A stretch of 64,000 nucleotides of DNA. It comes from Octopus vulgaris (taxonomy: Eukaryota). Location of the stretch: the NCBI GenBank assembly GCA_951406725.2, contig OX597825.1, positions 58,466,001-58,530,000 of the forward strand, read 5' to 3'. This document shows positions 38,606-51,446 of this stretch, piece by piece. A program made the translations under genes and the position numbers. Numbering within the stretch: position 1 is the first letter of the stretch; the number at the start of each line of letters is the position of its first letter. The notes beneath the pieces were generated by a model that ran no database searches, had not been told where the DNA came from, and worked only from the letters and a program-made list of their open reading frames with translations.

Positions 38606-38932
38606 TTGTAAGATACAAATAAGATGATAATTTATTTTTGAGTGCAGAGATGCTGTTAGAACAGCAGAAATTTTGGGTAAATTACCCTTTCAAAGTTGAA
38701 AAATTTGTCAACAACCAGCCATGGAACTTGAACCCACATCCCTTGAAGACTCAGCGGGCAGTTTAACATAATGGTAAAGCACTTGGCCTGAGTCTTCAAG
38801 GGCTGTGGGTTCGAGTTCCATGGTTGGTTGTTGACAAATTTTTCAACTTTGAAAGGGTAATTTACCCAATATATCTGCTGTTCTAACAGCATCTCTGCAT
38901 TCAAAAATAAATTATCATCTTATTTGTATCTT

Positions 38933-38936
<4 letters not shown>
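38606..38936 (+). mobile_element. Fold-back tRNA-head SINE (149-bp inverted arms)
   Basis: Arms 38606-38754 and 38788-38936 (about 6 mismatches); A box TAACATAATGG at 38764; B box GGTTCGAGTTCC at 38808. Confidence 0.85.
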
Positions 38937-38985
<49 letters not shown>

Positions 38986-38987
<2 letters not shown>

Positions 38988-39352
38988 GAGCAAAATACCC
39001 CCATCCAATGGACGGTGCTGGGTTGTCAAACATTTAAACCAAATTTTCTCAAAACAACTTGTCTGACTGTCCCATAGGCCTCCCCTTTGAGAAACACTGA
39101 TTTAACCTAAATTTGAGACACCAGCAAAAGAAGATATGACGATAGACTTTTTTCTATTCCAAGAAAAACGATTTTACAAATGCCCCTTCCCACAGCTTTA
39201 TCGATCGCATTCTCACCTGGAATCGATTTTTGTAATTTTTTCAAGATTTATACATGCCCTGATACTGTCAGTATTTACATATCAAATTTGAGCGCAATCG
39301 GATGGAAGATGCCTGAGATCCTAGAAGACACATACACAGACAGACAGAATGG

Positions 39353-39357
<5 letters not shown>
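38986..39357 (+). mobile_element. Non-autonomous Helitron-like element within (TA)n
   Basis: 5' TACGAGCAAAATACCC..GGACGG; 3' (CAGA)n then TTATATATA. The layout resembles Lep1-type Helitron derivatives. Confidence 0.5.
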
Positions 39358-39399
<42 letters not shown>

Positions 39400-39403
<4 letters not shown>

Positions 39404-39635
39404 CAGCGAGCTGGCAGAAACATTAGTACATGGGGCGAAATGCTTAGCAGTATTTCGTCTGCCGTTACGTTCTGAGTTCAAATTCCGCCAAGGTCGACTT
39501 TGCCTTTCATCCTTTTGGGGTTGATAAATTAAGTACCAGTTACGCACTGGAGTTGATGTAATCGACTTAATCCCTTTGTCTGTCCTTGTTTTTCCCCTCT
39601 ATGTTTAGCCCCTTGTGGGTAATAAAGAAATAAGA
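39400..39635 (+). mobile_element. SINE family B
   Basis: Full plus-strand copy. Confidence 0.85.
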
Positions 39636-39651
39636 TATAGATATATATATA

Positions 39652-40720
39652 CATACATCGATGACCTGCTTGCCACCATATTCAATAATGCCCAGTCTTA
39701 TGTTGACAACCATGGCCTGGCTCTTCATTTCTTCCTACCTTTTCTCAACCATTGCATCATCCACATGTAGTCTAAATATCACATATCTAAAAAAGAAAAA
39801 GCGCAAGCACTGTTCTTTTGAAGAAAGCACAACAATACCATGCTTACATTCATGTGTGGTATTCAGCTAGAACCCTCACAGCTGCCCCAAATACTGGGCC
39901 TGACTATTGCTGGGGATCTCTTCTGGTGAAAGTACATCCTTAGCTTAAGTAAGACTGCATCCCAGAGCTAGACAATATTCTCTTCAGCACTAGACACTAT
40001 TTCAGCCCCTAAAACCTGCTGACCCTCTATGAAGCTCAAGTGAGGCCCACAATGGAGTACTGTCCCTACAAGTGGTGGTATGCGGCTTAGTGGTTAGGAG
40101 TTTGGATTCGTGATCGTAAGATTGTGGTTTCGATTCCTAAACCAGGTAGTGTGTTGTGTTCTTGAGTAAAAAACACTTCATTTCATTATGTTCAGGTCCA
40201 CCCAACTGGCAAAATTGAGTAATCCTGTGATGGACCGGTGATCCATCCAGGTTGGGAATATATATGCCATGAAACCAGGAAACTGGCCCTTATGAGCCAG
40301 TATGAACCAAAAAGTTTATTTTACTTATTGTCCCAACATTAAGGACAATGTCACTGCTATGTACATAAATATCTTAGACTGCCTCCTGGGAAGGGCCAAT
40401 TGACAAATTGGTGCCCAATCACTCAGACATGCTCTCATTTCTGGCACACAGGTGTGCTGTCTCCTTCCTCTGTTTTTTCTACTGCTACTTCAATTATCTT
40501 TGCTCCTCAGAGTTAGCTTATCTCATGACTCCACCATTAAGGTGCCCCACTTTCCACCACTCACCACCTATGTTTTGTATAATCTCCCCAGCTCTGCGCT
40601 AATCTCTATGCCCAATCCTTTTCCCCCAGAACATCAAACCATTGAAATCTCCTCCTTGTTCATATTTTTCCTGTAGTGTTGACCTGAAACTGTTTAAATG
40701 AAATATTAATGACATCAAGC
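39652..40720 (+). mobile_element. Decayed CR1/L2-group LINE RT and C-terminal fragment, interrupted by a tRNA SINE (40070-40325)
   Basis: Fragments YIDDLL, ILGLTI..DLFW, LLTLYEAQVRPTMEYC and LAHRCAVSFLCFFYCYFNYLCSSEL. Confidence 0.7.
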
Positions 40721-40854
40721 TTATTGGTGCTGGGGTGGGAGCCTTGCAAGGCTCGTGGCACTGCCTTTTCCTCCAGACTCAACGAGTTAAAAAATTGTAT
40801 TGCATTGAAGTTAACTCTCATTTGCATATATGCATGTCATATTCTTTTTTTATT

Positions 40855-41045
40855 TTTCCATTTTATTTGTTTCAGTCATTTGACTGTGGCCATGTTGGAA
40901 CACTGCCTTTAATCAAGCAAATCAATCTCAGGACTTATTCTTTGTAAGCCTAGTACTTATTCTATTGGTCTCTTTTGCCGAACTGCTAAGTTACAGGGAT
41001 GTAAACACACCAGCATTAGTTGTCAGGCGATGTTGGGAGGACAAA

Positions 41046-41096
<51 letters not shown>

Positions 41097-41276
41097 ACAC
41101 ATATGTATATGATGGGCTTCTTTCAGTTTTTGTCTACCAAATCCACTCACAAAGCTTTGGTCAGCCCAAGGCTATAATAGAAGACACTTGTCCAAGATGC
41201 CATATAGTGGGACTGAACCTGGAACTATGTGGTTGGTAAGCAAGCTACTTATCACACAGCCACTCCTGCACCTGTA
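40855..41276 (-). mobile_element. SINE family A
   Basis: Full minus-strand copy. Confidence 0.9.
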
Positions 41277-42530
41277 TATCTATAAAATGAAAAAAAATAC
41301 ATGTAATAATGATGATGATGATAATAATAATAATAATATAGAAGAAGAGGAAGAATAATGATATAATTATTTTTATTTTCATCATTATACTGATGATGAT
41401 GATGATTTCCTTTTTACATTGGTACATGGCCAAAAAATAGTGCTTGTAGTATTAGTCAATTAAACTGGGTGTGTATTCTTTTGAAAAATTGATATTGTGT
41501 CAGTTTGCTTGTATATGAGTGTTGAGAAAGTGGAAGTCCAGAGAGAAACTAAATTCTTTTAATTATGTATGCATATATATATACATGATCATGTTTGTGT
41601 GTATATGTATTAAATTTTGTCATACAATGTTATAGATTGGGTATTTACCAAATATCTAACCTATATCATTAATAGAAGTGATCTACTAGAGATACCTTTC
41701 TCAATATATTTTCTGAATTTTCCTCCTACAAATTAACATTCTTCCTTTTGTCATTAACGTAAGTGTCTGTAGCTCATTGATTCACAGAATCTAATATAGA
41801 TATTGTTTGTATATGTCAAAACTTAATTTTCTTCACCAAACTATATAATTTTATATATTTTTGTTCTGCATCACTTTTCCTTTTCTCTCCTTTCTTTTTT
41901 TCCATTCCTCTTCTCTCTCTCTTCCTTCCTTTGTTTTTCTAATTCCCTTCTCTTTCATCACCTCTCACTATTTTCTCTGTCTACTCTATATCTTTCTTCT
42001 CTCATTGCTGTTCTTGTCTTCTTGTCTGTCTTTCTACAAATTAAGTTATTTTTAACAACACAGCTATTCTTTAGTAAAACAACAGAAACCAATTCTTATC
42101 TACAGGGTCAATAATATAGGGATATATAGTTTTTGGCCTATATTCTCTCTCTTTCCCTTGTGAACAAAAACGAAAACAACAAAAGAAAATTAGTGTTGTA
42201 CCAAAATCATTGCTAATTCCTCTAACCAAATATTTCTGTCCAAATAATTATCTATTCTTTACAGTGTCATGTCAAACATCATGGGATGTTCTATTTATAA
42301 AAATAGAAACCCAGATGCCCTTGGATGAAAATGGTAGCATCAGCAGAGCAGTACCTTTACCACCACCACCACCACCACCACCACCACCACCACCACCACC
42401 ACCACCACCTCTATCAATAATAAAAATGACAATGCAAACATCACCATCAACAACAATAACAAAGCATCAACATCACCACCAAGCAACAATATCATCGACC
42501 ACAGCAACATTTGCTATGATGACAACAACA

Positions 42531-43030
42531 GTAGAGGAGGCGCAATGGCCAAGTGGTTAGGGCAGCGGACTCACAGTCATAAGAACGCAGTTTCGATTCC
42601 CAGACTGGGCATTGTGAGTGTTTATTGAGCAAAAACACCTAAGCTCCATGTGGCTCCACTGAGGGGGTGAACCCCGCTATATTCTTTCACCACTACTTTC
42701 TCTCACTCTTTCTTCCTACTTCTGTCACAAAGCAGAGGAACCATGGTGTAACCCACTATGGTGTGGTAAACTTTCAGACCCTAGTCTAGATTGTGAATCC
42801 TCTGTACCTCAGGATGGTTCAGCTCTCCACCCGTTAAAAGCCACCATTTACGGAATGAGGATAACAACGTAGCTTTCATGCCCGTGCAACCGCCAGTCTA
42901 TCGCATGTGGTGGGTGGATCTTCAAGTTGCCACACACATTCTTAGTAGCTTAGAGTAGGCTCGAACTAGAGATTATTCTTTGTGGCTAATGGCGTGAGTC
43001 CTGATTGGAAGAAGAAGAAGAAGAAGAAGA
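42531..43030 (+). mobile_element. SINE family C, tail variant 3 ending in (GAA)n
   Basis: Same head and body as 29336 up to about 42722, then a unique ~290-bp tail. Confidence 0.75.
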
Positions 43031-43082
43031 CAACAGCAGAGTAATAACAATAACAACAGTGTTAACAACAATGATGGACTCT

Positions 43083-44600
43083 CCCATTGAAGACGATGTA
43101 TGAATGTTCAGCTTTTGCCAGGCAATCTGCATAAATGATTTGTTTATAGTGATCAAATGTATGTACCGTACATTAGCTCACTCTCTCCATCAAATCGATG
43201 TTGCCTGAACAAGTGCATTGTGTACCAAACATCAGGTGTTGACGTGATCACAGAGTGATGCAAGATGAAATGTTTTGCTCAAGAACACGATGCACCACCC
43301 AGTCTAGGAATTGAAATCATGATCTCGTAATCGTGAGTACAACACTCTAACCACTCGGCCATGCACCCTCACAACAATAATGGTCTCTCTCTTACTTTTT
43401 TCTCTTTTACTTGTTTCAGTCATTTGACTGTGGCCATGCCGGAGCACCGCCTTTAGTCGAGCAAATCGACCCTAGGACTTATTCTTTGTAAGCCTAGTAC
43501 TTATTGTATCGATCTCTTTTGCCAAACTGCTAAGTTATGTGGACGTAAACACACCAGCATTGGTTGTCAAGCAATGTTGGGGGGACAAATACAGATACAC
43601 AAACGTATACACACACACACACATAAATATATACATATATATATACATATATACGATGGGCTTCTTTTAGTTTCCATCTAGCAAATCCACTCACAAGGCT
43701 TTGGTCGGCCCGAGGCTATAGTAGAAGACACTTGCCTAAGGTACCACACAGTGGGACTGAACCCGAAACCATGTGGTTCGTAAGAAAGCTACTTACCAGA
43801 CAGCCACTCCTATGCCTATATGGTTTTAATAATGGTTTCAAATTTTGGCACAAAACCAGCAATTTGGGGAAAGTGGATAAATCGGTTACATCGATTTCTT
43901 CTGTAAAGACAGATGAAATGCCACTAAGCATTTTGTTTGACATGTTAATTATTCAGATAGCTTGCTGTCTTAATAATGGTAGTAATTATAATTTTAAATT
44001 TTGGCACAAGGCCAGCCATTTTGGGGGAGTGGGTAAGTCGATTACATTAACCCCAGTGCTTAACTGATTCATTATTTTATCAACTCTGAAATGATGAAAG
44101 GCTAAGTTGACCTTGCTGGAATTTGAACTCAGAATGCAAATATGAACGAAATGCTTAGCATCATTTCGTCCAGCATGCTAAAAATTCTTATTTCAATATT
44201 GCCCACAAGGGGCTAAACATAGAGGGTACAAACAAGGACAAACAAAGGGATTAAGTCGATTACATAGACCCCAGTGCATAACTGGTACTTAATTTATCAA
44301 CCCCGAAAGGATGAAAAGCAAAGTCGACCTCAGCGGAATTTCAACTCAAAATATAATGGCAGACGAAATACTTATTTCTTTACTACCCACAAGGGGATAA
44401 ACACAGAGGGGACAAACAAGGACAGACAAACGGATTAAGTCTATTATATCGACCCCAGTGTGTAACTGGTACTTATTTAATCAACCCCGAAAGGATGAAA
44501 GGCAAAGTCGACCTCGGCAGAATTTGAACTCAGAACGTAACGGCAGATGAAATACCGCTAAGCATTTCGTGCTAACGATTCTGCTAACTTGCCGCCTTAA
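43083..44600 (-). mobile_element. SINE cluster: family D (43083-43372), family A (43385-43818), several family B copies
   Basis: Recognisable heads and cores, all on the minus strand. Confidence 0.8.
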
Positions 44601-46178
44601 ATAAAAGAGTAAAATTTTAGGAACAGAAGCAACAATAATGACAGTGGCAGCAGCGTCAATAACAACAGGAATAGAAATAGCATTATCAATAACCATAGTG
44701 TCGACAACAAGAATAACATGAAGATCAACATCAACTACAATCATGACCACCACTATAGAAGCAACAGAACAACATCATGAAGTTCAAAAACAGCAACAAC
44801 AACAAAAGTGGGAAAGACAATGTTGTTATCAATAACATCAGTATCAACAACAAGCAACATTATTATCATCAACAATATCAACGTAATCATGGACAATAAG
44901 AACAATAACAGCAACCACAAGCATTGTTTCTATTTCAGTGATGCGGTGTCAACAGTATCTCACTCTGAATAATCACATTTGACAGTTCTGATCCCTTGAG
45001 CTTTACTGAACTCATCTTGCTGGGATCACCAACTTCTATATATAACTGTCTTTTTCACACTTTACAGTGAAATTGGAAGTAATTCTCGCTGACGATGACA
45101 ACAATAAGAACAAGAACAACAGCAGCAACAGCAACAGCAACATCTTCTGCAGCAATAATGACAAGTAGCTGGAATGATAAGGAAATGAAGGAGAATCTAT
45201 ATGAACTGCTAGAAATAGCAGCCAAAACTACCTCAAACACAATCTACAATCTTGTAAAAATACACACACATGCACACACACACACACACACACTCACAAA
45301 AGACATGTACGCACACACACATGCTCACATGCACATACATAATGGGCTTCTCACAGTTTCCAGCCACCAAATTCATTCACAAAGTGTTCTTCAGCCTGTG
45401 ACACACTTCCCCAAGTTGTTGCACAGTGGTGCTGAACTTAAAACTTACATAATTGCAAAATAAACTGCTAAACCACAGTGCCATATCTACTCCTCTTCAT
45501 TAAAACTTATATAGCTCAATCACGTTAAGTCTAACAGTAGTGATAATGCTATTCTTCACTCATCAACTCAACCCTCCTCAGATGTGATTGGCCTTTCAAT
45601 GGCCAATCACATTCAATCTCTGGACCAATAGACATTAGCTGTAATACACTTCGGGAACTTGATGAGCCTGACCATTGATCTAATAAAGAGTCCTCTGTCT
45701 AACATGGTGTATCACAATTGACCAATGAACTTTCTGAGTTGACACTTCTTTTTTATAATTTTCTTCTCTTGCTCTCTCCCCATTTTTTTTGGTACCTTTC
45801 TTTTCCCCCTTCTTTTGTTTTATTGTTCTCTCCCTTTCTACATGCCCAACCTCCATATAGTGTTATGTATGCACACACACACACACACACACACACATAC
45901 ATACATATTAGCCCACTTGCCCATTTTAACTTCCCACTCGTTGAACTGCAGTTCCATTTGAACCCCTAACTTGTTGCTTATTTTATTTTCCAAACCACTT
46001 TTCCAATTGAAAACTCTTCCTTTATGCTCCTATGCTTTTCTTCTGCTGAAGGACTAGTGTCCAAAATACTCTTTCCCTTTCTTTTTATGCTTTAAACTAA
46101 TATATTATTTGTTAAAACTTGTCCCTTCTGTGTCCTTTCATTTTATTTTTCTTCATTGCTTTCACAAGATATAGATGT

Positions 46179-46252
<74 letters not shown>

Positions 46253-48086
46253 TGTGTCTTTGTGGTGTTTGTCCATTCACTGCTTGGCAACTGGTTTGTT
46301 TATGTTCCAGTAACATGGTGGTTTGGCAAATATAATAACTAGACCAAAATAAGTACTGTGGTCAGCTTTTCTTAACTAATTACCCTCAAGGAGGTGTCTC
46401 AGGATGGCTACCACCCAATAACTGAAACAAATAAAAGCATACAAGAATGAAGGGGAAAAAAAACTGAGAAAAGTATTTTCTTCAAGCTATCTTACATAAA
46501 TCAGTTAATGTTTAGTTCTAATTAGTTTTGTAGATTGTGTCATTAATTTTGTAATAGCTCTGTATTTTCATTTACCCCATTCTTTTGTTTGTGTGTGGTA
46601 CCTACATCCTAATTATTTTGACTTTACACTGGTGGGGCTTGGAATGCAGTGTGTAGTTTTCTGGTTTTCATATCAAGGCTCTTCAGTTCACTGAACATTC
46701 AGTTTATTATACTGAAGCTGTGGTCTTAACGTGGCTGGCCAGTAGAGTATCTTATGACTAGAACTGAGTTCTGGCTTTAATATTAGTCTGACTCAGGGCA
46801 ATAAATTTGGAATAATTGGTAGAGTATCAGAAAAATGCACTGCAGTACTTAATTACAACCATTTATCTTTCATGTCTGTAGGATTTATAAATTATGGTAC
46901 CAGTGAAACACTAGGTTGGTTTAACAAGTTCAACATGCATCTACAGATATAATGCTTGGACCCATCATCAGTGTTGTATCCTCTTGTCACTGGCTGTTTC
47001 AGGTCTTACGGCATGAACCCTCATCAATGCAACCTGATGGCTTAGGTTGATCATACCTAGGTTTGTGTCCAATTAGCATTCTACTGACCCCACCAGCTAC
47101 CACTTTTCAGCCAGAGTTTCACTCAAAATATGTGGCTTTGTACCAATGTTAGAAAGTGGGGTGCGCAGAAGGAAGGGTGGAACAGTGGATTAAAAACTGT
47201 AACACATTTAGTTGTTTTTGTTTCATGTTTTGAGTTCAAATACCATTAGGACTGCTTTCACCTGCTTTCTTTCCGTCTGACATTAAAATAAACCATTTAC
47301 TGTCCTATAAAATTTGTAACCCTGTATCATTTTTTAAAACTCTATAAATCCTCATTGGCACTGCCATTAAGCAAAAGAACTGGTTTATTATCTGGAGATA
47401 AGAGGATAGTCATGAGCATTTGCTTCTGCCCCAATAGGCATCACCAGAAATTCAGTTTTGGATTTGCTTCTACTAAATGCTTAGAATTAACAACCCATGA
47501 TTCTCATAGAGCCTTCATTTAACTGAAGCCAGTGTTAGGTGGTAAACAAACATAAAACTTATTGTTTTAGCATCAGTGATATGCTAAGACAGTTTAATTG
47601 ATGATTCGATCTTCAGTTCAAAACTTTACCTTTTGCTAAGCATAAAAACCAACATAATCAATAAAATACTTTAAGAGATATATGCTGTTGATGTTTTTAA
47701 ACATATCAAATTAAAAACAAAGAAAGATCTTTACAAAGACTTTTATTATTGATATCAAGAAAGAGATTAGAAATAGTTAGAATCACCCATGTTTTCTTTG
47801 ATGAGAGACGTGACATTTCTACAGAATTACTATTTATAGAAAACTTGAAATTTTGTGCTTAATAAGCTAATTCGTGTGATGAATCTTAAAGTTCCCACTT
47901 TTGCTCTAACATTTTCGCCATGCCAAACATGAGTGCATATGTACACACACACACACACACACATGGATATATACATTTGTACACATATGCCGCACATGCT
48001 CATAAACACACTTGCACACACATATAGAGAAAGGAAACTAAAAGTCATGTTTTCCATTTGTGGGAATATTGATTTTATATATGAAA

Positions 48087-48119
<33 letters not shown>

Positions 48120-48122
<3 letters not shown>

Positions 48123-48767
48123 TACTTTCTAATATAGGCACAAGGCCTGAAATTTTGAAGGGAGGTTGCTAGTTGATTACATCAAACTCAGTTCTTGACT
48201 AGTACTTATTTTATTGACCCTGAAAGGAGGAAAGCAAGATTGACCTTGGTGGGATTTGAACTCAGAACATAAAGCCAGATGAAAGGTTGCTATGTATTTT
48301 GTCTCCACATGCAAGCGATTCTGCCAGCTCCCAGTCTTGATTATAATAATAATAATAATAATAATCCTTTCTACTTTAAGCAGACGGCCTCAAATTTGGC
48401 GGGAGGGGCCTAGTTGATTATATTGACCCCAGTATTCAACTGGTGCATATTTTATCGACCCTGAAAGGATGGAAGGCAACCTTGGCTGCATTTAAACTTA
48501 GAAGGTAAAAGCAGATGAAATGCCTCTAAACATAATAATAATAATCCTTTCTACTATAGGCACAAGGCCTGGAATTTTTGGGGAGGGGATAGTCAATTAC
48601 ATCGACCCAAGTACTTGAGGGGTACTTAATTTATTGATCCCGAAAGGATGAAAGACAAAGTTGACCTTGGTGGAATTTGAACTCAGAACCTAGTGGCAGA
48701 TGAAATACCACCAAGCATTTTGCCCAGTGTGCTAACCATTCTTCCAGCTCACCACCTTAGAAACATG

Positions 48768-48770
<3 letters not shown>
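48120..48770 (-). mobile_element. Three tandem family B SINEs separated by (TAA)n
   Basis: Repeated CCTTTCTACT..GGCACAAGGCC...GAAAGGATG...GAACTCAGAAC. Confidence 0.8.
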
Positions 48771-48809
<39 letters not shown>

Positions 48810-49498
48810 GTTATTGTTATTGTTATTGTTCTTAATCTAGACCCAAGGCCAGCAATTACAAGGTGTTGGGGAGTTGATTGCTTTGTTCCTTAATTGGTAT
48901 TTTATTTTATTGATCCCAGAGCATTAAGGACAAAGCTAACTTCAGCAGGATCCACTGACTTAATAATATAACAATGATGATGATGATAATAATGACTTCT
49001 AAATTTGCACAAAGGTGCAGATGTTTTAAGAGAAGTGTGTAGTTGATTATATCAGTCCTTTATTTGATATCAATCTCGGCAAAGGTGAAAGACAAAGTTG
49101 ATGTTAGGATGATGTGAATTCAGAACACAAAGGGATGAAACTAAATATTGTAAAATTTTTACCAAGTCATCTCTCATCATTATTATATGGTTCTGTAACT
49201 TGCCTGAATCAATGAGTCTATTGAAAGCTGACTGTCTTATTTGTGCATGTCATGACTACAAAAGATTGCAGTAGTTGGCAAACTGCACTGGTTGATCCTG
49301 GTCATTGAAAGTTTGTTGAGTGTCCATCTGCTTAGCATCTAGCGATATTTGCCATTGACTCAATAAATTTGTCTGCTAAAATAGTCTACATGTTCCATGC
49401 TGTATCCCGTAATTTCAATGTAACTCCACCTTGGGTGGTTACCAGGTGCCAAGCCTTGCCAAGGGGTTACCTATGATTTGGTTTGGGGACAAGTCATC

Positions 49499-49532
<34 letters not shown>

Positions 49533-50207
49533 TTGTTGTTGTTAAGCAACAAGACAGGAAAGGGTGATTAGGTGATGGTCTAGGGCTTAGGGGCGGGAGA
49601 CCCCAGACCTTGGAAAAAAAAAAACTTTGGTCATCTTGTTGTAGTCGAGGGCCCTTCGTTGAAACTGACCATATCCAGCCCAAATATTTTATCTGCTTTA
49701 TGTTCAAACTGGCCAGATCCAACCTCTCACATCTACCCTACAATGTCATTCCAAAATTATACAATCACATCATTGAAATCTTACAGCTACGAATTACTGC
49801 ATGACTAATTCAAAATGGTATAAATAAATAAGCATTATATTTGACAGAATAATCTGAATGCTAAAGCGTTAAAGAGCAATAGTTGAATCATGTGACATTT
49901 GTTTTTGCTCAAGGTTACATGTGGAATGGAAACCGGATTGTAATTTTTATTACATTATTGAAATAATGGTGTATTTTGTCTTTATACAAAGTATCAAAGA
50001 ATTTTAATTCTTTGTGTTGTGCTTAGAGCATGAATTGAACTCAAGATTATTTCTGTCAAGTAGACTCAGGCATTGACAGTTATGTACTTTGGTCATGAAC
50101 TCAGCAAAGTACCAGAGATGTGCTACAGATGACTGTATCTTTGATATCTAATTTGATATAGTTATCTACTCAGTCAGGTGAGACTATCATTCAAAATATG
50201 TTTTTGT

Positions 50208-50710
50208 TATCTTTTATCTTTTACTTGTTTCAGTCATTGGATTGTGGGCCTTCTGGGGCACCACCTTAAAGGTTTTTAAGTGAATGAATTGACTCCAGTA
50301 CTTATTTCTTTTAAGTCTGGTACTTATTCTATTTGTCTCTAATACCAAACTGACCCGAAGGGGATCTCAGTAATGACTCCTTGCCAGGACTTGTGCTTGG
50401 GAGGGTAACTTCCTAGGTGCAATCCCATGGTCAGTCATGATTGAAGGGGGTCTCAGTAATACCAAACTGCTCAGATATGGTGATGTAAACAAACCAACAC
50501 TAACTGTCAAGTTTTGGTAGGGGACAAACACAAAGACACACACATATATATATGACAGGCTTCTATCAGTTTCTATCTACCTAATCCACTCACAAAACTT
50601 TGGTTGACCTGAGGCTAGAGTAGAAGACACTTGCCCAAAGTACCATGAAGTAAGATTAAACATGGAACCATGTGGTCGGGAAACAAACTTTTTACCACAC
50701 AGCCATACCT
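50208..50710 (-). mobile_element. SINE family A with a nested 5'-truncated SINE tail (50353-50456)
   Basis: Nested TSD TAATACCAAACTG at 50340 and 50457; the insert matches the tail of 4586-4935. Confidence 0.8.
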
Positions 50711-50957
50711 ATAAAAAAATCATAATGGTGATAAGATATATAAGAAAATGTTAGATCATAAAGCTTATCTATCCATCTTCCTTGCCTGCTATTCTTGAGA
50801 GGGTTTTGTGAGTAGAGTTCTCAGGTACCTCCTGAATAGGGTAGGAGCAACCACTGTTAGACTTTCTGGCTTGATTCTCAAGTATGACTAACTGAGATTA
50901 TGGATATTATCCAGACAGCTCATTCTTGGTCTACCCCTAGGTATCCTGTTAATTAGT

Positions 50958-51446
50958 TCAGCTAAAACATCCAAATTCCATAAATTCATCCAATGTTGGT
51001 ATGGAGTTATTTGACAATGCAGAGATATGCAGCATCATAGATCTATACATCTTAGATATATTGATAACAAAATTCACCAGAATAGATATAAGCTTCTATG
51101 GAAATGATAGGTTTGTTATATCCCAGCAGGTCAATGGACATACTTTAAATCCATTTAGAAAGGACATTACTGGTTTCAGATTTTAGCACAAGGACAGCAA
51201 TTTCATAATAGAATACTTTCTCTCCCTTTCTCACATAAGGCTTTGTGCTGACACAAAAATTTTGGTCAAAGAGCAGAATTTTCGTTGCTTTGCAACCAAG
51301 TTTTCACCTGGGGTAAAAATTCCAAACTCCATAATGTTAATATGGAGTTGTTTGACAATGCAGAGATATGCAACCTCATAAATCTATATATCTTAGACAC
51401 ATCGATAACAAAATTTACCAGAATAGATATCAGCTTCTCTGGAAAT
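50958..51446 (+). pseudogene. Two decayed Penelope-like RT fragments
   Basis: MELFDNAEICSIIDLYILD..IDISFYGNDRF..NGHTLNPFRKDI resembles the PLE RT consensus MGSFDGAExCxLVGLYIL..GLYRDDGL; the second copy adds upstream WGKNS. Confidence 0.65.

Noticed and set aside
48120-48800. Regularly spaced repeats resembling a CRISPR-like array
   Set aside because: These are tandem SINE copies separated by (TAA)n in eukaryotic DNA.
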